Assembly: GCA_049512935.1 (NCBI GenBank)
Contig: JBEKWR010000007.1
Span: forward strand, 32,001-96,000
DNA from: Candidatus Bathyarchaeia archaeon
Lineage (GTDB): Archaea; Thermoproteota; Bathyarchaeia; Bathyarchaeales; Bathycorpusculaceae
Reading direction: 5' to 3'
DNA: 64,000 nt
Shown: in pieces, positions 30,396-39,944 of the stretch
How the letters are laid out: each line of letters starts with the position of its first letter
Numbering within the stretch: the stretch's first letter is position 1
Program-made: the position numbers and the translations under genes
The notes under the pieces: generated by a model
Seen by the model: only the letters and a program-made list of their open reading frames with translations
Told to the model about the DNA's origin: nothing
Databases searched by the model: none

Positions 30396-30518
30396 GGCTA
30401 TTCCTTCTTTTCAGGAACAGTGTGTCTTCAACCTATTTTAGAATTTTCCTCGCCTTGAGCGGCAGAACTGGAAAAGTTTAATTAGAAACCCGTCCAGAGC
30501 TAACAGTAAGAAGGGCAA

Positions 30519-31127
30519 ATGATGAAGGAACCTTTTTCCAAATTTATACAGGCCCATTTAGGCAGGAAAACGTTGCTGATTACAACGGGATTGCCTGGAA
30601 CCTGGAAAACTGAAACCTCGGAGGAAATCTCGAAAATCAAAGGTTACCCAATTCTTCGAAGCGACATTATACGTCTGGAAGTGCTCAAGAACGAGGATGT
30701 TTTCGACGCAAAAGTAGCGGGAAACATGAGCAAGCGCCTTTCTGTCTACGATGAGGTTTTCAAAAGGGCTGACGAGCTAGCAGAGAAAGACGGCCTAGGA
30801 ATCATTTTGGACGCCACTTTCGTCACGCAGGATCTGAGGCGGCGAGCGGCTGAAATCGCGTCGAAGCACGACATGACCTTTGTTATTTTGCAGACAAGCT
30901 GCCCAGAAGAGGTCTCAATCGCCAGAATTCAGAGGCGCACCAAAGAGAATTACGAATCAAACGCACTAACAGTAGACGCCTACCTTGCCAACAAGAAAAA
31001 GTTTGAACCCGTAGACATTGAAGACCTAAAGAAAAGATATCCTACACTCAAACTGCTCCATTTAACAGTTGACACCTGCAGTGACGAGCCAGAGAACTGG
31101 TACATCATCGGAATGGAAAAAACCTAA
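30519..31127 (+). CDS. P-loop kinase (AAA_33 / COG0645-like)
   Basis: GLPGTWKT P-loop variant, LRSDIIR, ILDATF....RR. Confidence 0.85.
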   Translation: MMKEPFSKFIQAHLGRKTLLITTGLPGTWKTETSEEISKIKGYPILRSDIIRLEVLKNEDVFDAKVAGNMSKRLSVYDEVFKRADELAEKDGLGIILDATFVTQDLRRRAAEIASKHDMTFVILQTSCPEEVSIARIQRRTKENYESNALTVDAYLANKKKFEPVDIEDLKKRYPTLKLLHLTVDTCSDEPENWYIIGMEKT

Positions 31128-31144
31128 ACGGAACCCGCCAAAAA

Positions 31145-32011
31145 ATGATAATCGATCTGCACATCCACTCCACCGCTTCAGACGGAAAATTTACTGTTCA
31201 GGAAATTTTTAGGGAAGCAAAGAACCGAAACATCGATTTCATGGCAATCACCGACCACGACTCCATCGGCTGCCAAGCCCAAGCCATCGCCGTGGCGAAA
31301 AAAGAAGCCATCCGCTACGTCACTGGAGCCGAGCTGAACGTGACCTTCACTCACCCCAAATACCATGAAGGCAAACCCGTTTCACTGGATTTCTTAGCTT
31401 ACCAATTCGATGCCACAAACAAAGCGTTCGAAGCCAAGCTTGAAACAATGGCGAAGTATCGGGAGGAACGAGCAGCAAAAATCCTCGATAACCTAAACAG
31501 GGAATTCAAAAAAGAAAACATTCAAGCATTAACTAAGGATGACCTTAGGCGGATTGAAGAATCAGTTGACGGCGTGCTCGGCAGACCCCACATCGCAGAC
31601 TACCTGGTCAAGAAAAACATTGTCAAGACGAGGCAGGAAGCCTTCGACAAGTACCTTGTCAAGTGCGACGTGCCCAAGTACCCGCTTTACCTGGAAGAAG
31701 CGTCAAAGCTTGTGCGAGCAGCGGGCGGAAAATTGGTTTTGGCCCACCCCAACGACCCCCATGGAACCTCGCTTGCGGCCTTGACTAAAGTGTTAGACGA
31801 GCAAACGGGAATTATCCAAGAAAAAATGCTCCCATACATTGACGGCGTGGAATGCTGGCACTCAAGAAGCACGGCGGAAACAACAGTGCATTATGTAGAG
31901 TTCGCCAAGACGCATGGGTTAATGATGACGGGCGGAAGCGACTGCCACCAAAAACCAATCATCATGGGCACGGTTCAAGTTCCCGAATGGGTAGCCGACC
32001 AGTTTGCGTAG
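31145..32011 (+). CDS. PHP-domain metallophosphoesterase
   Basis: DLHIHSTASDG, AITDHD, GRPHIA, LAHP, TGGSDCH. Confidence 0.93.
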   Translation: MIIDLHIHSTASDGKFTVQEIFREAKNRNIDFMAITDHDSIGCQAQAIAVAKKEAIRYVTGAELNVTFTHPKYHEGKPVSLDFLAYQFDATNKAFEAKLETMAKYREERAAKILDNLNREFKKENIQALTKDDLRRIEESVDGVLGRPHIADYLVKKNIVKTRQEAFDKYLVKCDVPKYPLYLEEASKLVRAAGGKLVLAHPNDPHGTSLAALTKVLDEQTGIIQEKMLPYIDGVECWHSRSTAETTVHYVEFAKTHGLMMTGGSDCHQKPIIMGTVQVPEWVADQFA

Positions 32012-32017
32012 GCGGGT

Positions 32018-33034
32018 TTACATTTTTTCGGCGTACTTAGCAGCGAGTTTGAAGTAGGCTTGGGCTTGTTTGGTTGCGCCCGCTTTTTCGTTTTTGCTTA
32101 TGCTGGGGTCATCTAGCCTAAAGCTGATTACTTTCCCGCGCACGTAGGCTCTGTAGCACTTGTAAAACTCAAGCACCTCAGTTATGTCCCGGTCCTTTGA
32201 ATACGCAGCGTATCTTTCTATGAAGTAGGTGGCTAAGTAGGGCCTTCGTTGAAAGTCAAGGTCCATGGCTAAGAAGGCGACGTCAGAAGCCACATCTGAA
32301 TACCTGAAGCGGTCGTTGAATTCTATGGCGTCGAAAATGCAGATCTTGTCAGTTATGAAAATGTTCCCCGAATGTAAATCGCCGTGGCAGTCCCTGATTT
32401 TGCCGCTGCTTATTCTGCCCTCGAAAAGCGGCTTGTTCGAATCCATGAAGGAGTTGACTTTGTTTTCGAGAACCGGGTAATCCGTCGCTGAAATTGTTTG
32501 GTTTACGTATTTCTTTGTTTGAGCGAAATTTTCGTCCCAATTAGTCTTAATGATTTTAAGTGAGCCGAAGCCGTTTATTTCTCCGTTTGTTTGCGCGTTC
32601 AAATGGAACCGCGCGATTATTTTCGCCAGCTCATCAATCGTTTTGGCGTCAACCTTGTTCTCTTTGAGAAGAACAGTCATGATTTTTTCTTGAGGTAGCC
32701 GCTTCATTTTTAAGGCGTACTCAACTGCTTCGCCGTCGCCTTCTATCTTGATAACGTTTGACTTGTTAATGGGCACAACTTTTAGGTAAATGTCTGGGCA
32801 AAGCCGCCTGTTGATCTCTAACTCTTTCTCGCAGAAAAACCGTCTTTTTTCCAGCGTCGAAAAATCCAGAAAACCGAAATTCACCGCCTTCTTGACTTTG
32901 TAAACGAATTCTTCCGTGAGGAAAACGAATGAGATGTGGGTTTGGATAAGCTCGATTTTGCCTGTGTCTTCACCGTAGGCTTGCGGGGTTAAGAGCGCGT
33001 CGACTACTTGTTTCTGGGTTTGCACGTTTTGCAT
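32018..33034 (-). CDS. Aminoglycoside-phosphotransferase-like protein (COG2187-like)
   Basis: IQTHISFVFL, YKVKKAVNFGFLDFSTLEKR, RDCHGDLHSGNI, FDAIEFN, DVAFLAMDL, YRAYVRGKV. Alternative start at 33076. Confidence 0.88.
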   Translation of the reverse strand: MQNVQTQKQVVDALLTPQAYGEDTGKIELIQTHISFVFLTEEFVYKVKKAVNFGFLDFSTLEKRRFFCEKELEINRRLCPDIYLKVVPINKSNVIKIEGDGEAVEYALKMKRLPQEKIMTVLLKENKVDAKTIDELAKIIARFHLNAQTNGEINGFGSLKIIKTNWDENFAQTKKYVNQTISATDYPVLENKVNSFMDSNKPLFEGRISSGKIRDCHGDLHSGNIFITDKICIFDAIEFNDRFRYSDVASDVAFLAMDLDFQRRPYLATYFIERYAAYSKDRDITEVLEFYKCYRAYVRGKVISFRLDDPSISKNEKAGATKQAQAYFKLAAKYAEKM

Positions 33035-33140
33035 GGTCCCGTTTCTTCCTTGAATTGTATACTCTTGCTGCGGCATCCAATAAAGTTAGAGTAGATTTTT
33101 AAGGAATCGCTTGCTTAAGGCATTGATGATGTGAGGCGAA

Positions 33141-33239
33141 ATGGAGAAGGACACATTGGTTGAAGACCTCAAGAAGGCTCTCTTAAGGTGTGGCTACTCG
33201 GCTGCAACCGTAGAGAAAATACTCAAGTGGTATGTTTAG
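33141..33239 (+). CDS. 32-aa hypothetical microprotein (MEKDTLVEDLKKALLRCGYSAATVEKILKWYV)
   Basis: TTTTTAAG box at about 33096, GTGAGG SD, amphipathic helix-GYS-helix pattern. Confidence 0.5.
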   Translation: MEKDTLVEDLKKALLRCGYSAATVEKILKWYV

Positions 33240-33858
33240 CCGATTGAAACCCTTTCACATAATCCAGGACCGCTTCAGCTTGCTCCTTTGAAATATGCCC
33301 GTTTTTGCAAAGCGAGCTAACGAGGTCAGACACTTTGGCTAAAGCGTTCACCTTAAAACCCAACTTCTCCAAGTTTTCCTTGCCGCCCTGCTCACGGTTT
33401 ACGACGACAAGAAAATGCTTAACGGTACCGCCGAGCTCTTGGAGAGGCTTAATTCCTTCAATTTTAGATAACCCCTCGCTTATCACGTCATCGAAGAACA
33501 GAATTTGGTCGCCTTTTTCAACGTCTGCCCCAGCGATTCTTCCCGTGACGCCGTAGGCCTTTTCCTCTTTTCTGACGATGATGCATGGCAAGTTTAGTTT
33601 GCAGGCGATGCTTGGCACGATCAACGCGCCTTTTAGCTCGATGGAAGCCAGCTTGTCTATTCTGTCAGAAGCCATTATCTGCTTTACCTGCTTGGAGGCT
33701 ACTTCCGCTATTGTGCACAGCTGTGTTGGTGAGGCTAAGAGGCGGGCGAGGTCAATGTAGTACGGGCTGATTGCTCCAGATTTGATTTTGAAGCTTCCGA
33801 ACTTTAAGCATCCGGACAGGTAGAGAGCCTCAGCCACTTTATCGGTGACAATCGACAT
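33223..33858 (-). CDS. pyrE: Orotate phosphoribosyltransferase
   Basis: LKFGSFKIKSGAISPYYIDL, VRKEEKAYG, FDDVISEGLS PRPP loop. Confidence 0.9.
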   Translation of the reverse strand: MSIVTDKVAEALYLSGCLKFGSFKIKSGAISPYYIDLARLLASPTQLCTIAEVASKQVKQIMASDRIDKLASIELKGALIVPSIACKLNLPCIIVRKEEKAYGVTGRIAGADVEKGDQILFFDDVISEGLSKIEGIKPLQELGGTVKHFLVVVNREQGGKENLEKLGFKVNALAKVSDLVSSLCKNGHISKEQAEAVLDYVKGFQSAKHTT

Positions 33859-33925
33859 ATGATTTATCCCTGTTGTGAATGTAAAATAGGAAATTTAACC
33901 CTTTACCAGCAAGATAACGTGCAGC

Positions 33926-34897
33926 TTAAGCTACCAGGTCCGCGATGTCAACGGCGTGCTCGTAGATCTGTCTGAGAAAGGAGGCTGCCGCCAAAATTTG
34001 AGGCATCAAATCCACCGAAGACTCCTTCGCCACACGTTCTATGCAGGTGTAATTTGCATCGACGTTTCCGCGCATGTTGCGCACGCTCTCAGCCAAGTTT
34101 ATGTCCTTAGTCACGAAAGACTTCAACGCCTGCTCATGAGCCTCGTAACACATAGTTTGCAGATCGATCAGCAACTTCTGCAGTTCGCCTGAGAACTTTA
34201 CTCCGTTAAGCGCAATGGTTTTTGCCGCAACCTGGACACTCGCGTCGCCTATGCCTTCGATTAAGCTTGCAGCCAAACGGTAATCCAGACATTCAATCGG
34301 GGATATTCCAAGTTTCTCGTTTAGCCGTGGATTTTGAATTATGGTCCGCAGAATTCTGACCAGCAAGAAATACAGCCTGTTGCTTTCGTCATCCCTTGCG
34401 ATAACGTTCTTAGCCAACTCGACGTCTCCGTAGACGAAAGAGTTAGCCGCGTCGCGGATCATGCCAGCAACAATAGCGTAGTTGCGTTGCAAGATCTTTT
34501 CAGGCGAAGTGGAAGGCTGCTGCATCAAGCTGTGCAACGAGATTTTTGAGCTGGTTTCCTCAAAGATCTCTAAACCCGACAGGGAACTGGCGGTCGATTT
34601 TACTACGCTTCTGACGGTAGAGTCGATGCGGTCCTTTGATTCGATGTCTATAGTGTCATAGCCGAGAAGGTAGCGACCAACGATTTCCCGAGCAAGATGC
34701 GGTCCAACTGCCAAAGAGGTGGTTTTGGTTGGCGGCTCAGCGTTGTACTCGGCGTCAACGACAAGTTTGCCGTCGCTTGTTACATCCAAGCATACTAAAG
34801 TGCCCTTTTTCAACCCTGTCTTTCTAGCCCAGTCTCTGGGCAAACAAACAAAAAAGGTGCCTGTAGGTGTTTGTTGAATCTTGCGCAGATCAGCCAT
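33926..34897 (-). CDS. AbrB-PhoU phosphate-uptake regulator
   Basis: RKIQQTPTGTFFVCLPRDW (AbrB-like), YLLGYDTI, RDDESNRLYFL, IEGIGD, HAVDIADL. Confidence 0.9.
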   Translation of the reverse strand: MADLRKIQQTPTGTFFVCLPRDWARKTGLKKGTLVCLDVTSDGKLVVDAEYNAEPPTKTTSLAVGPHLAREIVGRYLLGYDTIDIESKDRIDSTVRSVVKSTASSLSGLEIFEETSSKISLHSLMQQPSTSPEKILQRNYAIVAGMIRDAANSFVYGDVELAKNVIARDDESNRLYFLLVRILRTIIQNPRLNEKLGISPIECLDYRLAASLIEGIGDASVQVAAKTIALNGVKFSGELQKLLIDLQTMCYEAHEQALKSFVTKDINLAESVRNMRGNVDANYTCIERVAKESSVDLMPQILAAASFLRQIYEHAVDIADLVA

Positions 34898-35018
34898 GGT
34901 GATGCCTCGAACGTGATATAACACATCTAAACCTGAGTTCAATTATATAAACCAAATTGGTTTTGACTAATTAACCGTCGCCGCAAAAATCGTTAAGGCG
35001 CATCGACGGCTCTTGGTT

Positions 35019-35108
35019 AAGCGTAAGAGCGTAAACCCGATAGAGGTAAATCGCCTTGAAAAATGAAAAGCGGTAAATAAGTCAAAAGCGTAAGAGCGTA
35101 AGCGTAAA
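35019..35108. repeat. 16-bp direct repeat AAGCGTAAGAGCGTAA (two copies, plus an extra GCGTAA)
   Basis: Copies at 35019-35034 and 35086-35101; fifth GCGTAA at 35102. Confidence 0.7.
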
Positions 35109-35137
35109 GTGCATTCACTTCTGATGAGCGAAGCGCA

Positions 35138-36706
35138 ATGAGCGAGCAAGAAAAGCTTCAAGAAGCGATTCAAGCAACCATCGCAGCGGGATACCAGTTA
35201 GACAGCGAAGCCTTCGAATTCCTAAGTCAAAACGCAGACACGACTGACCCGGTCAACTTAATGAATTTGGCTCTTCAAAGGCTAGCAGCCCTAGAAGAAA
35301 AACCCTTCTTCATCGACAAAGTCTTCCTAGAAGCCTTAATGCAACAGCTAACAGTGCCCGCCGCGGAACTCGAGCCTGAGCCGCAGCAAAACGTCGTTGA
35401 GCAGCCGGCGCCAGCAGTCGTAGACCAAACAAGCATCAGTGAAAGCGCCTTTTACCCCTACGCCAAGGACATAAAGGCGGAAATTAGCGTTCTGGAAGAC
35501 GCCACGGGCAAGCTTAGCTCCAACGGGTCCATCGAGGAATACCTTCAATACTTTCAGGACAGGTTCAGACGGATCGAACGTTTACTAAGGCAGAGAATCG
35601 ACGTTAGGGCTGCAACGCCGATCCTTGAAGCTCTCAAATCGCCTGCCAAAACCAAGCTTAAAATAATCTGCATGGTAAGCGAAAAAAGAGATTCAAAAAA
35701 CCAGATGATACTTTCGGTTGAAGACCTGCAGGGAACCGCAACCGTTCTGGTGCCTCAAAAAGCGCCCGAGGAAGTCCGCAAAAAAGCACTTATGCTTATG
35801 CCAGACCAAGTCGTGTGCCTGGCGGTGATAAAAACAAGAAGCAACCTTTTCCTTGCCGAAGACATCATTTTTCCCGAAATCGGCAGAAAAACGCAGCAGA
35901 GAGCCCAGGAACCAGTCTTCGCCGTTTTAACGTCAGACCTTCACATCGGCAGCACCAAATTCGAAAAAGAGGCGTTCAAACGGTTCATACTTTGGCTTAG
36001 AGGCAAATACGGAGACGAGCAGATGAGGATGATAGCGGGCAGAGTAAAGTACGTGCTTATCGCTGGCGACATAGTCGACGGGGTCGGGGTGTACCCGGGC
36101 CAAGCGAAAGAACTGTCCATAAGAGATGTGCATAAACAGTACGTCTTCGCGTTCAAATACCTCGAGAAAATTCCAAGCTACATTGAAATAATCATTTCTC
36201 CAGGAAACCATGACGCCACACGCAAAGCCCTTCCGCAACCAGCCATACCTGAAGGTTACCTCAAGGGGATGCTGGGAAAAAGCAACATCCGCTCAGTCGG
36301 AAGCCCGTGCCTCCTTAGCCTGCACGGCGTGGAAGTTTTGATGTACCACGGCCGCAGTTTAGACGACATAATTGGTGTTGTGCCTGGAATGGACCATGAT
36401 CACCCCGAGAAAGCGATGAAGCTGCTTATGCAAAGCCGCCATCTGGGTCCAGCTTACGGAGGGAAAACCATGCTTTCCCCTGAAAACCGTGACTACTTAG
36501 TCATCGATAGGGTGCCAGACATCTTTCACGCTGGGCACATCCACGTGCTGGGCTACTGCAACTATCGGGGAGTCCTCGTCGTTAACTCAGGCGGCTGGCA
36601 AAGCCAGACCGACTACATGGAAAAACTCGGGTTGGTTCCAACGCCAGGAAAAGTTCCAGTGGTAAACCTGCAAACGCTTGAAACCACCATACTCTCGTTT
36701 CTTTGA
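35138..36706 (+). CDS. polB: DNA polymerase D small subunit DP1
   Basis: SDLHIGS, AGDIVDGVGVYPGQ, PGNHDA, YHGRSLDD, RHLGPAYG, HAGHIH, NSGGWQSQT. Confidence 0.96.
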   Translation: MSEQEKLQEAIQATIAAGYQLDSEAFEFLSQNADTTDPVNLMNLALQRLAALEEKPFFIDKVFLEALMQQLTVPAAELEPEPQQNVVEQPAPAVVDQTSISESAFYPYAKDIKAEISVLEDATGKLSSNGSIEEYLQYFQDRFRRIERLLRQRIDVRAATPILEALKSPAKTKLKIICMVSEKRDSKNQMILSVEDLQGTATVLVPQKAPEEVRKKALMLMPDQVVCLAVIKTRSNLFLAEDIIFPEIGRKTQQRAQEPVFAVLTSDLHIGSTKFEKEAFKRFILWLRGKYGDEQMRMIAGRVKYVLIAGDIVDGVGVYPGQAKELSIRDVHKQYVFAFKYLEKIPSYIEIIISPGNHDATRKALPQPAIPEGYLKGMLGKSNIRSVGSPCLLSLHGVEVLMYHGRSLDDIIGVVPGMDHDHPEKAMKLLMQSRHLGPAYGGKTMLSPENRDYLVIDRVPDIFHAGHIHVLGYCNYRGVLVVNSGGWQSQTDYMEKLGLVPTPGKVPVVNLQTLETTILSFL

Positions 36707-36720
36707 AGCGCGTATCCTGA

Positions 36721-37947
36721 TTAAGGCTTGTGAAGCGCCTGCGGAGAGTAGTTGATCAATTGGCTGAACCTTGCATCATCATTAAACACGTCTCTGATGA
36801 GGCTTCTTGAAATTTCAAGCCTGATCTTCTTGGTTCTGCCGTAGCGGCCCATGCTTACAACTTTCGCGTTGACGAGACCCATCGAATCAAGCTCATTAAT
36901 CAACGTGCCTAACCGACGCTGCGTCAGAAGGCCAGCGCCAAACTCGCCGCAAAGCTCGTTGTAGATGTCGTATATTTCGCCTGTAGTTGCGTTTGGCTTG
37001 TTCAGGTGATAAACGCTGAGAAGCACCAGTTTCGAGTGGAGAGTTAAGTTCTTGAGAGATTCAATCACGCGGTTATGTTCAATATGCTTTTCAGCTAAGC
37101 GCACATGCTCTTCTGTGACAAGCTTGGCGCCTTGCCGCTCCGCAACTTCTCCTGCGACCCGCAACAAGTCCAGAGCTCGCCGCGCGTCCCCATGCTCCGC
37201 AGCAGCCAAAGCTGAACAAACATTCAACGCTGATTCAGACAATACGCCCTCTCGGAAAGACAACTTTGAACGTTCAGACAGAATGTTCCTCAGTTCCGCG
37301 GCGTCGTAGGGTCTAAAAACAAGTTCCTCTTCGCTGAGCGAACTGAAAACTCGGGGATCTAAGAACTCTTTCAGTCGGAGATCGTTTGAGATACCGATTA
37401 TAGACACTTTGCTCTTGCTTAGTGTTTCGTTTATCCGTGTCAACTCGTACATGAAGGCGTCCCCCTTATCTTTTATAAGTGCATCAATCTCGTCAAGAAC
37501 AATGATGAAAATAATTCGTGACGAGTCCAGGCCCGCTCTGAACCTGTCAAAAACTTCTCCAACGGATAAACCCGTAAACGGAATGTTCATGCCTACGCTT
37601 TGACTCAGGCTTGCAAAAACTCGGTATTCAGAACCTGTCATTCGGCAGTTTATGTAACAGAACTTTACCTTCGAGCCGTATTCTTTCGCTTTGAACTCCA
37701 GATGACTCAAAACATACTTTGCTACTGCCGTTTTGCCGGTCCCCGTTTTTCCATAAATGAAAATGTTCGAGCATCTTGCGTCCCTGAGAACTGGAGCAAC
37801 CGTTTCTCCGAGCAGTTTTATTTGTTCTTCCCTGTGCGGCAATCTTTCAGGAATGTAATCGTGCCTCAAAACTTCTCGGTCCTTGAACAATTTGACGCCG
37901 TTAACGAAACTCTCGAATACATCATCTAATACGTTTGAATTCCCCAT
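36721..37947 (-). CDS. cdc6: Orc1/Cdc6 replication initiator
   Basis: LPHREEQI, YGKTGTGKT, VLDEID, FRPYDA, GDARRALDLLR, C-terminal wH GRYGRT. Confidence 0.97.
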   Translation of the reverse strand: MGNSNVLDDVFESFVNGVKLFKDREVLRHDYIPERLPHREEQIKLLGETVAPVLRDARCSNIFIYGKTGTGKTAVAKYVLSHLEFKAKEYGSKVKFCYINCRMTGSEYRVFASLSQSVGMNIPFTGLSVGEVFDRFRAGLDSSRIIFIIVLDEIDALIKDKGDAFMYELTRINETLSKSKVSIIGISNDLRLKEFLDPRVFSSLSEEELVFRPYDAAELRNILSERSKLSFREGVLSESALNVCSALAAAEHGDARRALDLLRVAGEVAERQGAKLVTEEHVRLAEKHIEHNRVIESLKNLTLHSKLVLLSVYHLNKPNATTGEIYDIYNELCGEFGAGLLTQRRLGTLINELDSMGLVNAKVVSMGRYGRTKKIRLEISRSLIRDVFNDDARFSQLINYSPQALHKP

Positions 37948-38760
37948 TCCCTCACGCCCTTATTTTCAGAGGCACAACCGTTATTTCGAGTGGAACAGAT
38001 AAAGCATGTAGTACAAAAAACTGGTCTTATAACACAACTATCCTAAAAATCAATGAAAGCCTGCTATGACAATCAGGCAAATGCAGAGGTACACACACCC
38101 CAAAGTTTCTACTGGAAAAAGCTAACCAAGCAAAGGAAAAACAATTAATTAAAATATATTTTATATATACTCTGAGTTGTTAATGCGAAATTAATATATT
38201 AAGAACATTGATTCAAGATTTTAGATTAAATTTCTGCAAAAATTTTTTCAGAGATTTCTAAGCTTCTTTTCTGCCTGAAAGCTTCGAGAGGAAACGTAGG
38301 GGTGTCTGTTCACCTTTTTTTCCATGGTAAATTCTTACATCAGGGTCTTTGATTTCGGCTTTGTCTATGTAAGCATTGCCGAAACTCAGCGAAAAATCTC
38401 TCAAGCAGCATTATTGCTTCACAGGCCTCTTTTTCCGTTCACAAAACTGTGAATACATGTGAATTAGCATTGCATTTGTCGCTTAATCACCTCTATTTTC
38501 TTCGCAATTACCAGATTTATGTCCTTTTACAGTGAACGGGGCACCCCTACGCTTCTACTGGAAAAGCAGAACTAAGCCGTAACTGCAATTTTTCAGCTGT
38601 TCCAATTTTGTGTGAAGTCGGTTATGTTGAACGGAAGGAAAACCCACCGCCTTTTCTTAAAATAAGCTCGTTACTGTGTTTTTACTTTTGCTGCTTTCAC
38701 CGTAACAGCTATAAGTTGTGAAGTGTAAAGTTGTGAACCCCCTAAAGAGTGTGCACCTGA
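37948..38760. other. Replication origin (oriC) with ORB boxes and AT-rich unwinding tract
   Basis: ORB-like boxes: GTTCCACTCGAAATAACGG (-, about 37978-37996), TTTCCAGTAGAAACTTTGGGGT (-, 38097-38118), TTCGAGAGGAAACGTAGGGGT (+, 38283-38303), TTTCCAGTAGAAGCGTAGGGGT (-, 38543-38564). Very AT-rich 38140-38250; immediately upstream of cdc6. Confidence 0.9.
38309..38737. repeat. Dispersed (T)GTGAA/TTCAC(A) motif array within oriC
   Basis: About 10 copies: 38309, 38418, 38438, 38448, 38458, 38531, 38611, 38696, 38717, 38732. AAGTTGTGAA is repeated at 38713 and 38728. Confidence 0.6.
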
Positions 38761-39191
38761 TGCCAGCTCGTAAGATGCGTGTGGAGCTGTTCGACAGCGA
38801 AGGAAACCGTTACACAATTGCTTTTGAGGGACAAGTGACGCGGGACAAAGCCATAAAACTCTTGGACCTTGTGGAACTGCTGGGTGGTGTGCCAACTGAA
38901 GACTCAACTGCAAGATCGGCGTCTGCTTTGCCTAACAGTGTTCTTTCACGTTTCGAAAAGGTGCAAGGGGTTATCCAGAAAAGTTTTCCGTTGATTTGGT
39001 TTTCTTCAAAGGACATTCAGTCAGTTTATGAGCAGGAACTTAAAGAGCCAGTTAGCCTGAGCACGGTTTCCACTTACCTGTCCAGGATGGCGAGCAAAGG
39101 CATGCTTCTCAGAACGGGTGGGTCCGCCAACTTAAAGTACAAAACAGCTCCCAGCATTCCTCAGGCCAGCATAAAACAGCGCGTCAAGTAA
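38760..39191 (+). CDS. Origin-adjacent hypothetical protein with C-terminal winged helix
   Basis: MPARKMRVELFDSEGNRYTIAFEGQVTRDK N-domain; FSSKDIQSVYEQELKEPVSLSTVSTYLSRMASKGML wHTH pattern. Confidence 0.8.
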   Translation: MPARKMRVELFDSEGNRYTIAFEGQVTRDKAIKLLDLVELLGGVPTEDSTARSASALPNSVLSRFEKVQGVIQKSFPLIWFSSKDIQSVYEQELKEPVSLSTVSTYLSRMASKGMLLRTGGSANLKYKTAPSIPQASIKQRVK

Positions 39192-39209
39192 ACGTGAGCG
39201 CCGTGCACG

Positions 39210-39923
39210 TTAAGTTGGTTGAAGGCTTTCGGTTTTCTTCAAAAGTTTTTCCATTTCCGTTTTGATGCTGTACCTGAAGGGTATCTTTCCTGCTTCCCTT
39301 TCAACGTAGCCGCCTTCGTAGAGTTTCTTCATAAGCCTTGCAGTGTGTTCTCTGCTAAGGTGCACTTTCTCTTTGATTTCAGGAGCCGTCTTCGGGCCTT
39401 CCGAAGACAACATTTCCAGCACCTCGATTTCGGTGGTCGTCAACGCCGCCATCGCTTTGTCCCGCCTGATTGGCATCACGGGAATGATTGTTTCAGCCTT
39501 GACTTCTGGCGCCACGGTGAGCTTTTGGATTTGCTCGTCGAAACCTGCGATTCTTGCCTTCACCGCCTCCTGGGCCGCTTCGACGTCCTTGACTTTTGCA
39601 TCCAAAACAGTTAAGCCCGAAAGCACCCCCGCGCCGGTCTGCTTGACGCTCTGAGCAACTGCGCTGATCTGATCCTCCATCGGCGTTATCTTTTTTTCCA
39701 GTGCTTCTGACTTCTTGATGCTTTCATCAGTTTTTGCAAAATTACCCTCGACCTTAAATGCAACAAGATCCAGTTTTTCAGTTTCACGCTGAAGTTCTCT
39801 GTGGAAACTCCCAACAATGTCTTCAACAAGATTCTTGGCTTTTTCGTATTCTTTTTGGGCTTTGCGAACCTGCGTATAGTATTCCACAGATGTCGTTACC
39901 GTTACTGCAGCCAGAACTGCCAA
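39210..39923 (-). CDS. Putative membrane-anchored coiled-coil protein with C-terminal HTH
   Basis: Hydrophobic N-terminus, long heptad region, LTTTEIEVLEMLSSEGPKTAPEIKEKVHLSREHTARLMKKLYEGGYVER wHTH. Confidence 0.8.
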   Translation of the reverse strand: MAVLAAVTVTTSVEYYTQVRKAQKEYEKAKNLVEDIVGSFHRELQRETEKLDLVAFKVEGNFAKTDESIKKSEALEKKITPMEDQISAVAQSVKQTGAGVLSGLTVLDAKVKDVEAAQEAVKARIAGFDEQIQKLTVAPEVKAETIIPVMPIRRDKAMAALTTTEIEVLEMLSSEGPKTAPEIKEKVHLSREHTARLMKKLYEGGYVEREAGKIPFRYSIKTEMEKLLKKTESLQPT

Positions 39924-39944
39924 GATTACTAGTGCGAAATCAAT

